DNA of 64,000 nucleotides from a virus. Shown piece by piece: positions 10,322 to 20,714 of the stretch. Position 1 is the first letter of the stretch. Every line of letters begins with the position of its first letter. The DNA lies in IMG/VR virus record IMGVR_UViG_3300027509_000012; one strand, written 5' to 3'. Under the pieces are notes generated by a model. It made no database searches. It was not told where the DNA came from and saw nothing but the letters and a program-made list of their open reading frames with translations. Made by a program: the position numbers and the translations under genes.

Positions 10322-12715
10322 TCATCTTGAATCATCCGCTGGTGTATCATCATCTGGTTCAACTAAATCTCTACCATCATATTGAATGTGAATGTGATTG
10401 TTAGATGAGTTACTAAAGGTTTCCCACAACACAGTATATCCTCGACCCTTCAAACCAAGTCTTAATATATCTCTTATAAGTGTTCCTTGAACATTCGTAA
10501 GATTATTTCCTCTTACATCAACTGCTTTATTAAAAGCATGTAAAGATTTTCGTGGTGGATCTGAGCCAGCCACTGTTGTATTTCTATAAGTGGATGTTAT
10601 AACTGGTCGTATATTTGGAGCATGTAATGCCCAAGCAGCAGTGATTGTCGTGTAAATGTCTAACATAGTTTGATCCAATTCATATGGATGAACTTGAACG
10701 CCACGCGCTCCAGTTTTGTATAATAAACTTGCATCAGCATAGCCATCTGCATTAGGATCATCTGCTGCTATAATCGGCAGATCTAAATCTACCTCTGAAA
10801 GTAATCCATCAAATTTTTCTTTATCTTCTTGAATATTTCTTTTAGAAACTGCTTTTTTTACTGCTTCATCTGGTTGCGTTTCATTTGTTTTGGGTGTCAA
10901 GCCAGCGCTAGATTCTCTGTCGCCGGGTACGCTGAACATATCTATAACTTGCGTAAATTCACCATTACTAAAAATATTTTCAATTTTAAGTAAGTTATAA
11001 AAACCACGATACCAAAAATCTTTTGTACCAACAACTGAATCATTTTCTAAGGTTCCAGCTAAATCGGTATTCGTTGGATATTTTATATTAACTTTAATTA
11101 ATGCAGGTACATGAAACCAATCAGATGCGCCCGTAGCTTCTTCTGAAATTTGACTACTTTCACCTTCTAAAATATCTTTATAAAAAGGAGTTGTTTCACT
11201 TAAAAGTTGTGGATTGCCTGCTATCTTGATAGTTGCAGAAACATTTTCTAATGCTGCCTGTCGCTCCAATAAAGAATCAAAAGATAAATCCTTTGTAGGA
11301 TCAACATGTTCTTGAGCTGCACCTTTCGTTACGTTTAATCCAAGATATAGAATATCTTTCTTATTAGATGAATCTGCTTTTGTTCCAGCAGTTATATCAA
11401 CACCTTTACCCTCTCCACCATTATCAGTCGTACTGAGAACTGAAGTTCCTTCTGTTGTTTCACGTTGAGAATCTGATTTATTTTTAGCACTGCCTGCGGT
11501 TTGGAAAAATGATAATCCCATATCCATTTTAATATTAAAATCTAATATATCTACATTTTTACCAGTGTATATATAATTAAATTCAATAAATTCACCTGCC
11601 TTTGGTTCTATTTCTTCATTATGTTTTTGTAGTGTTGTTTTATATCTATTAAGTTTATAAACAACTTCCTGAACATTTGAGTCAGACGATGGTACTAGTG
11701 TAGATATTATTTTTGATGTGTATGTTTGCCCAGATGCATTTTCGCCCTTAGCATCCTTTCCCATCTGTTCAGAGGAACTAAGAATCTTATCAATCATAGT
11801 TGTTATGCTTGACTGAGGTGGTGCTTGAATAATAAATTTACCCAAATCATCATCATTTGATGTTGATGCTTGCCCACCAACCAAATATGGAGCTGAGTTA
11901 TATGGCTCATCTACTTCTAATCGATATCTAACTTTTTTATAATTATCTTGTAAATATTTAAATCCGTCGCTGTAATCACCACCTTCGACTGCTTTATTTG
12001 CACTCAGTGTCTGAGCTAACTCTTTATATCTATCTTCATAACGTGTATTGATTCTTTCCTCTAGAACCTTTAATGCAGCGCCCACTGTTATGTTGCGCTC
12101 CAATTTAAGACCCATACCATTTGTTATCATAGAAATTTGTGCTTGTTTGCCGAGTCCGTTTGCAGTACTAACAAAATCCAACTGATATGTGGCACCACCT
12201 TCATCCATGACAGCCTTGATATCAATTGCGTTAAAAGCAAATGGTTTAATACGTGAAATTATTTCTTGTTGACCTGTTGATGCATCATGTCCAATAAAAA
12301 TAGTTTTTAATATAAAAACTAGGCCAGATGGTGTTCGTTCTAGAGAGTCTGTTGATTCAGCTAACACTCGAAGAAACTCAATTCCAAACGGTTCGTGAAT
12401 CTCCATTGAGCCTGATGATTCTATTGTATTTGCAACTCGAATACCATTTTTACTAGATGGAGCTAAAAGTGTTTCCCATTTACATTTATTAATTGAAAAG
12501 TTAATATCCTTTCTAGAATCTACTAATATAATGTATTTTCCAGAGTTTGTTAATTCTATAGGATTGTATCTTACATCTATTGCGTTCGATGGTCGTTCAA
12601 AAGCTGTCTCATCATTAATAATGGTATCCACAGTTTCCATGCCATCAGTTACCACTAAAACGTGGTGATAAGCATATGAATTAAATTTTGCAAGTGGATT
12701 TGGTGGATTTGACAT
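10322..12715 (-). CDS. Baseplate hub protein with C-terminal peptidase M15-like (LAS) domain
   Basis: N-terminal NPLAKFNSYAYH, YIYTGKNVDILDF, I.IAGNP and FSNGEFTQ hub motifs; C-terminal ITSTYR..SLH....AVD..HIHI. Confidence 0.75.
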   Translation of the reverse strand: MSNPPNPLAKFNSYAYHHVLVVTDGMETVDTIINDETAFERPSNAIDVRYNPIELTNSGKYIILVDSRKDINFSINKCKWETLLAPSSKNGIRVANTIESSGSMEIHEPFGIEFLRVLAESTDSLERTPSGLVFILKTIFIGHDASTGQQEIISRIKPFAFNAIDIKAVMDEGGATYQLDFVSTANGLGKQAQISMITNGMGLKLERNITVGAALKVLEERINTRYEDRYKELAQTLSANKAVEGGDYSDGFKYLQDNYKKVRYRLEVDEPYNSAPYLVGGQASTSNDDDLGKFIIQAPPQSSITTMIDKILSSSEQMGKDAKGENASGQTYTSKIISTLVPSSDSNVQEVVYKLNRYKTTLQKHNEEIEPKAGEFIEFNYIYTGKNVDILDFNIKMDMGLSFFQTAGSAKNKSDSQRETTEGTSVLSTTDNGGEGKGVDITAGTKADSSNKKDILYLGLNVTKGAAQEHVDPTKDLSFDSLLERQAALENVSATIKIAGNPQLLSETTPFYKDILEGESSQISEEATGASDWFHVPALIKVNIKYPTNTDLAGTLENDSVVGTKDFWYRGFYNLLKIENIFSNGEFTQVIDMFSVPGDRESSAGLTPKTNETQPDEAVKKAVSKRNIQEDKEKFDGLLSEVDLDLPIIAADDPNADGYADASLLYKTGARGVQVHPYELDQTMLDIYTTITAAWALHAPNIRPVITSTYRNTTVAGSDPPRKSLHAFNKAVDVRGNNLTNVQGTLIRDILRLGLKGRGYTVLWETFSNSSNNHIHIQYDGRDLVEPDDDTPADDSR

Positions 12716-13074
12716 TATTCAACAATATTTCCGTTAGCCGATTTAGATAATACCACACTTTGTAATCTACTAGAAGATGGAAGTGTGATGGTTTTACCTG
12801 CGACTAATTCTTCATTGATATCCACAATATTATTAAATTGTAAAACAACCCATGCGTATTTTGGATTTTTATAAACAGCAAATGCGATTAAATCTGGACG
12901 ATGTTCTGTGTTTATATCAATATCAAAAAATATGTCAGTTGAATGCTTAGGAATAACTCTACGCTCCCACCATCCTAACCGATTGTTGTAAATATCAACT
13001 AGCCCACCTTGCGTATAGCGAGTTGATCCTTTTGATGAATTCTTTAAATTGCTTGTATTAACTACTATTGCCAT
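12715..13074 (-). CDS. gp53: Baseplate wedge protein gp53-like (LysM-like)
   Basis: HRPDLIAFAVY.NP..AWVVLQFNNIVD...G..I.LP. Confidence 0.85.
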   Translation of the reverse strand: MAIVVNTSNLKNSSKGSTRYTQGGLVDIYNNRLGWWERRVIPKHSTDIFFDIDINTEHRPDLIAFAVYKNPKYAWVVLQFNNIVDINEELVAGKTITLPSSSRLQSVVLSKSANGNIVE

Positions 13075-13086
13075 TTTAATAATCTC

Positions 13087-13791
13087 TTATAATTCGCCAC
13101 GTTTAAATTTACTCAAATCAAATTTTTCATATTCTGATGGAGAGCGAGCTTCAATTAAACTCAAATCAACATTCATTAAAGTTGGCATTGGTGTTGGATT
13201 TGCCCCTTCGGTTGGAATGTAATCAACATCTGCTGGATAGTTTATATTTAATGATTCTATAACCACTGGTACTTTACGTAAATGTCCAATTGAATCAGTT
13301 CCAACTCCCTGACTTACTCCAAGCCTTGAATATGCTGATAGTAACAAAAGCTGTGGTGGTGCACCCAAATAACTTTTTGAACTATCTGATCCTATTTCAT
13401 CAATTAAATTTTTAATTCCCTCGTTACTAAATGGACCATTATTTCCTAATTTTTCTCGTCGAGCAGCGTCAGTTCGAATATTGGATTCTGACTGGCCGAA
13501 TGTCGGCATAGTCCAACCACGTAATGTCCATAGCTTAGCTAAATTAATTGCTGCTTCTCGTGGTGATCTGGATGCAAATCTAATAGCTGTCAATTGAAAG
13601 CGTCTAGCTGCTGTTCCTTGATATACCAGAATCTGGCCGGGCGCATGGACTGGATCGTACATCTTATAATTAACGTTTCGAGTTTCCGATAATTCCGGTG
13701 TTACGTTAAATACAACTGCACGTTTTGCATCACTCACCGAATTATTAATTAATGATGGTGCCAATCGTATTTTGTAGTGTTCAGAATCCAT
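13087..13791 (-). CDS. Baseplate tube-initiator / tail-tube-fold protein
   Basis: GAPPQLLLLSAY and VPVVIESLNINYPADVDYI motifs; heads the baseplate operon. Confidence 0.65.
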   Translation of the reverse strand: MDSEHYKIRLAPSLINNSVSDAKRAVVFNVTPELSETRNVNYKMYDPVHAPGQILVYQGTAARRFQLTAIRFASRSPREAAINLAKLWTLRGWTMPTFGQSESNIRTDAARREKLGNNGPFSNEGIKNLIDEIGSDSSKSYLGAPPQLLLLSAYSRLGVSQGVGTDSIGHLRKVPVVIESLNINYPADVDYIPTEGANPTPMPTLMNVDLSLIEARSPSEYEKFDLSKFKRGEL

Positions 13792-13870
13792 TAATAAGCC
13801 TAATAAGTTAGTTGATTATATAGGTTATATTTAGTTTTTTGGAACATTTAACAAATTATGACCTCTAAAA

Positions 13871-13899
13871 TTGACATAGTTCATAGATTAATATATACT
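13871..13899 (+). promoter_or_regulatory. Sigma70-type promoter for the late sigma gene
   Basis: TTGACA-17 nt-TATACT; SD AGAGGA before the ATG at 13923. Confidence 0.8.
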
Positions 13900-13922
13900 T
13901 TTATGCTAAAGAGGAACAAATA

Positions 13923-14504
13923 ATGTCTGAAACAATTCAATGGTATGATTCGTCAGTGGATCGATACCTTAAATATAATGAAGAATCAGGTGAACTGATC
14001 GCAACAAAAATGACGGAAGGACCATTCAAGGATGTTAAGATCGTCAAAACACAACCGATTGATAAATCTGTTGAGCAAACTGGTCGTCGAAGAAAGAAAG
14101 TTAATTATCTTGCTAATAAAGATTTATTAATTGAATTCAAGAAAAGTATGGATCAAGGTCAAATGACTGATAAGTTTGCAATGATGTTACAAATGCTAAC
14201 CCAGCGCATCAGTAAGAAGTCTAATTATGTTAATTATACTTATATAGATGATATGCGAAGTTATGCTATGGTGATGTTGTTAGGTACATGGACTAGATTT
14301 GATCCATCTAAGAGTGATAAACCTAATCCATTCTCCTACTACACCACATGTATAAACCATTCGTTTATTCAATATCTCAAAAAAGAAAAACAACAAAGAG
14401 ATATTCGCGATAAAATAATGACTAATAATGGATTGACCGCTTCACACTCATATCAGATGGAGCATTCCAACACAAACTATGATGGTAGCTCTGATAAGGA
14501 TTGA
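13923..14504 (+). CDS. gp55: Late-transcription sigma factor (T4 gp55-like)
   Basis: NYLANKDLL, NYVNYTYIDDMRS, FDP...NPFSYYTTCI..FIQYLKKEK; upstream of gp47 and gp46 as in T4. Confidence 0.88.
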   Translation: MSETIQWYDSSVDRYLKYNEESGELIATKMTEGPFKDVKIVKTQPIDKSVEQTGRRRKKVNYLANKDLLIEFKKSMDQGQMTDKFAMMLQMLTQRISKKSNYVNYTYIDDMRSYAMVMLLGTWTRFDPSKSDKPNPFSYYTTCINHSFIQYLKKEKQQRDIRDKIMTNNGLTASHSYQMEHSNTNYDGSSDKD

Positions 14505-14535
14505 ATGATCGCCTGATTTATGGTAAAATCGGGCT
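14501..14535 (+). promoter_or_regulatory. Sigma70-type promoter overlapped by an inverted repeat
   Basis: TTGAAT-17-TAAAAT with extended TG; GCCTGATTT/AAATCGGGC dyad spans the -10; ATG 6 nt downstream. Confidence 0.55.
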
Positions 14536-15630
14536 ATGATAAAGATCAAAATGACTAAAATGGCGCTGTTCACTGATATTCATTACGGTGCCAAAGATGC
14601 TCAGAAGAACGATGCTCAAGACGAAGGACTCCGACACAATCAAGACTGTGATCGATTTATAGATCATTTTTGTGATGAAGTTCGCAAAGATAAAGAAATC
14701 GATTGTATTGGTTTTCTTGGTGATTGGAATCAAAATCGTACATCGATTAATTTAGAGACTTTTAAATTTGCCTATGATGGTGCTAAGAAAATAAATGATC
14801 TTGGCTTACCTGTCATCGTAATATTAGGTAATCACGATTTATATCGTCAAAATTCAAGAACTGTTCATTCACTCCATTTCTTTGAACAGTTTGATAACTT
14901 CCATTTAATTGAAGATCCCGAAGTCGTTAAAAATGCAAATGCAAAAATGCATGATGTTTTCTTCTGTCCCTTCTTAATGCATGGTGAAGAAGCATCATTG
15001 CATAGTTTTAAGAAGGTTCCATTGTGGTTTGGTCATTTCGAATTCAATGGATATGAAATTACTGCATACGGAACGATGATGGAAAATGGTGCTGACCCTG
15101 ATGAATTTCCAGAACCAGAATTAATTGTATCTGGTCATTTCCATAAACGACAATCAAAGAAAAATAAAAATGTTGTTTATATGGGCAATCCCTTTCCAAC
15201 TAGCTTTAGTGATGCCAATGATGATAATCGTGGCTGGGCTACTTATGACTTTAGAAATAATGAAATGCTTTTTAATGTATGGGAAGATGCTCCATCATAT
15301 AAAAGAATAAGACTCTCTACTATTATCGATAAAGGATTTGATGATCTGAATGATCGAACCTACGCAAAAGTTATTGTGGATGTTCCAATATCGTATGAAG
15401 AAAGTGCAGAAATTCAAAAAGAATTTATGAAAGATAAAAACCCTCGTGCCTTTTCATTAGAAGAATCTATAGAAATAGCGGCTGTTATAACCGAATCTGA
15501 ATCCAGTCAAAAATGGAATAGCGATGAAGGTGCAACGGTAGATGAACAGGTAGTTGAAATGTTAGGTGACATTGAATCTGAATATTTAGATACCGATGTG
15601 TTAGTTGACGTATACACAGGATTAGAATAA
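14536..15630 (+). CDS. gp47: Recombination nuclease, Mre11/SbcD-like
   Basis: Metallophosphoesterase motifs TDIHYG, LGDW, GNHD, GHFE, SGHFH. Confidence 0.93.
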   Translation: MIKIKMTKMALFTDIHYGAKDAQKNDAQDEGLRHNQDCDRFIDHFCDEVRKDKEIDCIGFLGDWNQNRTSINLETFKFAYDGAKKINDLGLPVIVILGNHDLYRQNSRTVHSLHFFEQFDNFHLIEDPEVVKNANAKMHDVFFCPFLMHGEEASLHSFKKVPLWFGHFEFNGYEITAYGTMMENGADPDEFPEPELIVSGHFHKRQSKKNKNVVYMGNPFPTSFSDANDDNRGWATYDFRNNEMLFNVWEDAPSYKRIRLSTIIDKGFDDLNDRTYAKVIVDVPISYEESAEIQKEFMKDKNPRAFSLEESIEIAAVITESESSQKWNSDEGATVDEQVVEMLGDIESEYLDTDVLVDVYTGLE

Positions 15631-15833
15631 TGGGCGTATTAGCGTGTAATAGAAGTGAATGTGAAAACATTATGTGTGATCATCATTCATATGAATATGG
15701 TTATATATGTAGAGAATGTCTGGAGGAATTACAGAGTACTCAACCAGATAGTGTTATAGAATTTATGGATACACCACGTCAAAAATTGACTCGACCGGCT
15801 GTAGATTATTACGAGGTTTTTTGCGATGATTAA
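15630..15833 (+). CDS. Small Cys-rich (zinc-finger-like) hypothetical protein
   Basis: CxxxxCxxxxC..YGYICxxC; overlaps both neighbouring genes. Confidence 0.7.
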   Translation: MGVLACNRSECENIMCDHHSYEYGYICRECLEELQSTQPDSVIEFMDTPRQKLTRPAVDYYEVFCDD

Positions 15834-17562
15834 TTTTAAAAAGCTAATACTGCAAAATTTTCTTGGTTTTGGTGAGATACCAACTGAGTTTTTATTTGAA
15901 CGTGATGGTACTACATTAATATGTGGTATTAACGGTGTTGGTAAATCATCACTGATCAATGGACTTGTTTATACATTATACGGCAAGCCTATGACAAACA
16001 GTGTTGGTAAGGTCGATGATCTTATTAATTTTGTTAATCAAAAGCGTATGCTAACAACTGTAGAGTTTGAAAAGGATGGCTCGTTATATAGAGTAGAGCG
16101 AGGCCGTAAGATGAAAACAGGTGCTGCTGGTAACTATGTGCAAGTATTCAAAGATGGTGAAGATATAACATCTGCTGGTGCTATAAATGGTAATAAGCTA
16201 GTAGAAAGTATTATCAATATTCCATACGAGCTGTTTATTAGAATAGTTGCCATTTCGTCAACTTATACTCCATTTCTATCATTACCTGTTAAATCTGCCA
16301 AAGGTGCTAACCAGACAGACATGATCGAAGAATTATTTAATCTAACAACATTGACTGAGAAATCTGAAGTATTGAAAGAACAGATTAAAGAAACGAAACG
16401 ATCTATAGAACATCAGATAGTTAAACGAGATACACTCGAAGAAGAACGTGAAAAACATACTGATCGAGTTGTCACTGCTGAAGAACGATTGAATAAATGG
16501 AATGCAAGCAAAGAAGAAGAATTAGAAGAACTAAATGATCTTCTTAATAAATTTTCAGCTATCGATGTTGATGCAGAGCAAAAAGTATTTGAAGAACTTG
16601 AAAGTCTTGAAAATGAACTACGAGAGCAAAGCTCTCCACGTAGATCAGTGAAATCAGTTCTTACTAAGGAAAAGGAAACCAAAGAGAAAACGGAGCACGA
16701 TCTTAAACATTTGTCTGATGGTAACTGCCCTTATTGTAAACAAGAAATGGCTGATGCTAAATCTAAAATAAAGGCATGTCAGAAAGTATTAAAAGCATGT
16801 AATCAAAGCATTGAAGAAAATACAGAATTGCTCCAAGAGATTGACGATAAGATAGAAGAAATCGATCTTAAAATTAATGCACTCGAAGGAACTACTTCAG
16901 TTAATTCAATTGCTGAATTATTCGATAGTCGTAATAAGATTGAGAAGTATTCAGAACGATTGGAAAAACTTAACAATGAAGAAAATCCACATGAAGAAGC
17001 ATTCGATGAATTATTAGAAATCAGTATTAGTGATTTTGATAATGCAACGATAAATGAATTGGATGATTTAATGACTCATCAAAATATGGTTCTTAAATTA
17101 TTAACTAAGAAAGATTCATTTATTCGAGTTAATCTGATCAATCGAAGTATTCCTTATTTGAATAAACGATTGAATCATTATTTACATCAACTTAAATTAA
17201 CTCAGGTTATTGAATTTAAATCTGATATGACTGCAACAGTAAGTCAATTCGGACGTGGATTAGATTTTGGTAATTTATCGAATGGACAGAAAACTAGAGT
17301 TAATTTAGCAGTATCTTTTGCATTCCGTGATGTTTTACAGAATTTACATGGACATATAAATATATGTCTGCTTGATGAGCTACTTGATCAAGGACTTGAT
17401 ACCGAAGGTGCGCTTATAGCAGCAGACATGTTAAATCACAAAGCTGAAAATGAAGATATATCTATATTTGTTATTGCTCATAAAGAAGAACTCCAAAACA
17501 GCTTTAAATCTAAAATCAAAGTAACAATGGAAGATTCATTTACTAAAATTAATTATGATTAA
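15826..17562 (+). CDS. gp46: Recombination ATPase, Rad50/SbcC-like
   Basis: Walker A GINGVGKS, coiled coil with CPYC zinc hook, signature LSNGQK, Walker B LLDE. Confidence 0.95.
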   Translation: MINFKKLILQNFLGFGEIPTEFLFERDGTTLICGINGVGKSSLINGLVYTLYGKPMTNSVGKVDDLINFVNQKRMLTTVEFEKDGSLYRVERGRKMKTGAAGNYVQVFKDGEDITSAGAINGNKLVESIINIPYELFIRIVAISSTYTPFLSLPVKSAKGANQTDMIEELFNLTTLTEKSEVLKEQIKETKRSIEHQIVKRDTLEEEREKHTDRVVTAEERLNKWNASKEEELEELNDLLNKFSAIDVDAEQKVFEELESLENELREQSSPRRSVKSVLTKEKETKEKTEHDLKHLSDGNCPYCKQEMADAKSKIKACQKVLKACNQSIEENTELLQEIDDKIEEIDLKINALEGTTSVNSIAELFDSRNKIEKYSERLEKLNNEENPHEEAFDELLEISISDFDNATINELDDLMTHQNMVLKLLTKKDSFIRVNLINRSIPYLNKRLNHYLHQLKLTQVIEFKSDMTATVSQFGRGLDFGNLSNGQKTRVNLAVSFAFRDVLQNLHGHINICLLDELLDQGLDTEGALIAADMLNHKAENEDISIFVIAHKEELQNSFKSKIKVTMEDSFTKINYD

Positions 17563-18790
17563 TAATAAATTAAAAAAATTTCCATTCTCAAGTAAAGCAT
17601 GTATTAAAGAAAAAACTGATATTTTCTTACATAATATGAAAATTATTTATGGCGATGAATATGATTTCTCTGAATTTATATATAAAAATTCACATACCAA
17701 AGGAATATTCATATGTCCAATACATGGAGAACGAAGATCAACGCCAAGTTCTTTAATGCAGGGTGTTAAATGTAGAGCATGTACTGGTAATTGTCCAATC
17801 CATGCGAAAGAACAATTTTTTATAAAAATGAAGGAATTACATCCTTCATATGATTTTTCTAAATTTTCTTATAAAAATAATAATACAAAAAGTATTGTCA
17901 TATGTCCAATACATGGTGATATTAAAATGTCAGCTAATAAATTACTTATTGGTAGACGATGTGGTTATTGTTACGGAAATTTAAAAGAGAAAGGAAAAGA
18001 AAGATTTTTTAAAGAAGTAAGAACAATACATCCAAATTTAGATTTTTCAAAATTTAAATATAATACAATGAAAACAAAGAGTGTTTATATTTGTGATATA
18101 CATGGAGAAAGATCAGCTATAGCGGAAAGTTTAATTAATGGACATGGATGTTCTGTATGTGCTGGTTTATGCCCTGAACATTCTAAAAAACAATTCCAAA
18201 AATCAATGAATGAAATTCACCCTACTCTAGATTTTTCAAAATTTAAATATACCGGATCACATAAAAACGGGAAATATTATTGTACTAAGCATGGATTTAA
18301 ATTTGCAACTCCCACGAATTTATTACAGGGAAAGGGATGTATTGATTGTAATACAATTGGACAAAAAGAAAAAAACGTTTTTAACTATATTAAATCAAAT
18401 ATACAAGATTGTATTATTTTTAGTAATAAAAAACCGCCATTTTTAAATGGTCTTGAGTATGATATTATAATAATATTACCAAATAATATTATTATTGGAA
18501 TTGAATATGATGGACATCAACATTTTAAACCAGTCACATTTGGTGGTATTAGTCAAAGTAAAGCAGAATATAATTTAATATATCAAAGAAAGCGAGATAT
18601 TATTAAAAATAAACTAAGTTTTGAACATGGGATTCATTTATTTAGAATTCACCATAAAGATTATGAAAAAAATCATTATGATCTATTAGACGAAATTATT
18701 TATGATGTAGAAAATTTAATCGGATATCCTGAATTTGGTGGTTCTCTTAGATACACAGAATCTTATAATAAATCAGACAAATATTATTAA
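17555..18790 (+). CDS. Free-standing homing-endonuclease-like protein (four DUF723-like repeats plus PD-(D/E)xK nuclease)
   Basis: Four repeats of DFSKF.Y..K..C..HG..L..G..C..C; C-terminal LEYDII..GIEYDGHQHF..RDIIKN. Confidence 0.8.
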   Translation: MINNKLKKFPFSSKACIKEKTDIFLHNMKIIYGDEYDFSEFIYKNSHTKGIFICPIHGERRSTPSSLMQGVKCRACTGNCPIHAKEQFFIKMKELHPSYDFSKFSYKNNNTKSIVICPIHGDIKMSANKLLIGRRCGYCYGNLKEKGKERFFKEVRTIHPNLDFSKFKYNTMKTKSVYICDIHGERSAIAESLINGHGCSVCAGLCPEHSKKQFQKSMNEIHPTLDFSKFKYTGSHKNGKYYCTKHGFKFATPTNLLQGKGCIDCNTIGQKEKNVFNYIKSNIQDCIIFSNKKPPFLNGLEYDIIIILPNNIIIGIEYDGHQHFKPVTFGGISQSKAEYNLIYQRKRDIIKNKLSFEHGIHLFRIHHKDYEKNHYDLLDEIIYDVENLIGYPEFGGSLRYTESYNKSDKYY

Positions 18791-18805
18791 ATAAAGTTAT
18801 TCGAA

Positions 18806-19306
18806 TTATTGGGAAATCCACAATTTCCCAATGAACCAAGCATCAGTCAGATCATATGCACCTTTTGTCTTCAAATAACCGGCATCTAAAAATTTTTGCC
18901 CTATTCCTTCTGGTAAAGCCTCAAACATATCTTTTTTAGTGACTTTCTTTTTCTTACTACCACCATAGCCTGTTGCAAATTTTTTTACAGATGTTGGTGC
19001 CACTTTAGGAATTTCGTCAATACCATATTTCTCATACAATTTAACTTCTAACGAAAACAACAAACCGCCTAATGTTCTAGTTGCATTTCCTATAGATCCA
19101 TAACTTAATGCTTCACTTACGATTGAATCACAATTATAATCGTCAAATAATTTAATTATTCTATTTGTAATTATCGAAATTCGCTTGACATCAGAACCAT
19201 CTTCTAATGAAGTTTTAATACATTCAAAATGCATTAATTCACCATCTTTAAATATAACGACGCCAGAACAGGATATACTTTGATCTAAACTTAATGTAAT
19301 TGCCAT
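18806..19306 (-). CDS. ruvC: Holliday junction resolvase, RuvC-like
   Basis: LSLDQS..SG, IVSE, PTSVKK, DLTDA acidic catalytic pattern. Confidence 0.85.
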   Translation of the reverse strand: MAITLSLDQSISCSGVVIFKDGELMHFECIKTSLEDGSDVKRISIITNRIIKLFDDYNCDSIVSEALSYGSIGNATRTLGGLLFSLEVKLYEKYGIDEIPKVAPTSVKKFATGYGGSKKKKVTKKDMFEALPEGIGQKFLDAGYLKTKGAYDLTDAWFIGKLWISQ

Positions 19307-19338
19307 ACATGTATTTAGACATATTAAAATACCCCAAT

Positions 19339-19752
19339 CTAATACATCTGTAGTTCGTCTGTAAGCCCTACAAGGACTTCAGGCCATACTGGACCGATAC
19401 CTATACATGTAGTGGTTGGTTCGCTGAAAACCGTTCTACCGTGATCTGTGATCAATTTATGTGGTAATTCAAAGTTAAGACAAAGCTGTTCTAGTTCAAG
19501 TAGTTCTTCTAATCCATCAACACGTAAAATTACTTTGGCAAATGCATTTTCAATCCATGAAGCTTTAGCATCTGTTAATTTAATTTCCATGCGTATTTCA
19601 TTTGTGTTATTAAAACGAACGAGTTCAAAATCGCCATGAAAAGCTGCCATTGATGCATGAGCTACTTGAACTGAAAGTTTGCCATGACGAAGTTTACTAC
19701 GTAAGTCATTACGCACAACTATAATTTGCTTTGCTTCTCTATCTGGTTTCAT
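19339..19752 (-). CDS. pth2: Peptidyl-tRNA hydrolase type 2
   Basis: KQIIVVRNDL, GKLSVQVAHA, KVILRV, D.GRT, TCIGIGP. Confidence 0.92.
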   Translation of the reverse strand: MKPDREAKQIIVVRNDLRSKLRHGKLSVQVAHASMAAFHGDFELVRFNNTNEIRMEIKLTDAKASWIENAFAKVILRVDGLEELLELEQLCLNFELPHKLITDHGRTVFSEPTTTCIGIGPVWPEVLVGLTDELQMY

Positions 19753-19753
19753 T

Positions 19754-20023
19754 TTATATGTTATCTAATTCGTTAATTGTAGCTGTAATATTAGTGATTG
19801 TATTATTAAACAAACCTATATGTTGCTGTTGTGGGTAATCTGGTCCCACATCTTCATCTAATTCTACCACAATATAATTTAGTTCTGGTTGTTTTACATA
19901 AACACCAGTACGTGTTTTATTTGTATTAGATATAACCAATATATCACCAGCTTTAAAATCTACTGTTGGTTTGAATTCCATTTTTAATTCCTTAACTAAT
20001 TTGTGTAATTCTTCGGATTTCAT
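19754..20023 (-). CDS. Hypothetical protein
   Basis: Tightly packed in the minus-strand operon. Confidence 0.65.
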   Translation of the reverse strand: MKSEELHKLVKELKMEFKPTVDFKAGDILVISNTNKTRTGVYVKQPELNYIVVELDEDVGPDYPQQQHIGLFNNTITNITATINELDNI

Positions 20024-20030
20024 TTCTTAA

Positions 20031-20396
20031 TTAAACTGCGTAAATTGAAGTATTGTATGTCTGTATCGATTTAATTAATGCCTTATCGAGATTTGTTTTA
20101 CCTGCTGTATGCCAATGAACTGATTTTTTTGGGTTATAAAATAACCTGACACCACCTTCAACTGGTTCTGGTATTTTTATTAATTTTAATTTTTCACATT
20201 GAATCCAAGCACAAACAGTTTTATTTGATCCATTAAATATTTTCGTAGCTGTTTTTTCTTGATTATGTAATGTGCAATTTGTTAATGACAAACCAACCGA
20301 TGCTGGATCGAAATATCTAACACCACCATTTAATGACTTGACCTGCCATTTCATATAATTTGGGCCTTGTGCTAAATGAAATCTAACCTTGTACAT
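20031..20396 (-). CDS. Hypothetical phage protein
   Basis: YKVRFHL..G.NYMKWQVK...VCAWIQC; GGAAG SD; first gene after a sigma70-type promoter. Confidence 0.75.
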   Translation of the reverse strand: MYKVRFHLAQGPNYMKWQVKSLNGGVRYFDPASVGLSLTNCTLHNQEKTATKIFNGSNKTVCAWIQCEKLKLIKIPEPVEGGVRLFYNPKKSVHWHTAGKTNLDKALIKSIQTYNTSIYAV

Positions 20397-20428
20397 TTAT
20401 CTTCCAAAAATTTATGAATTAATGCTTG

Positions 20429-20457
20429 ACTATACAGTGTTAATTGGGCAAAATCAA
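20429..20457 (-). promoter_or_regulatory. Sigma70-type promoter (overlaps an opposite-strand TTGACT-17-CAAAAT at 20426-20454)
   Basis: Minus strand TTGATT-17-TATAGT. Confidence 0.6.
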
Positions 20458-20460
20458 GTA

Positions 20461-20708
20461 GAAACCGATTACGCCCCCGCGAGGGTATATAGGACAATGG
20501 CACCGTTGGTGCGATTTTTCACGCGATTTCCGAGCAGCAAGTGCTCTCAATCACGATAAAAAATCCGTTATTTGGTGTTATTTAAAGTAATATAAGACAA
20601 TTTATTTTTTTAGTTGAAAAGAAATTTCTATGACGATAGAAATAGTATTACCCTCTTTTCGATCTAGATAAAAACTAAAATTATCTTAAATAATAATAAA
20701 CAATATAT
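20461..20708. ncRNA. Candidate structured ncRNA or origin-like element
   Basis: ORF-free gap with several hairpins (20476-20485, 20500-20512, 20513-20565, 20624-20643) between convergent sigma70-like promoters. Confidence 0.4.
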
Positions 20709-20714
20709 TTCTTG

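Noticed and set aside
14536-17562. SbcCD-like pair as a defence system
   Set aside because: The gp55-gp47-gp46 order is the standard T4-like recombination module.
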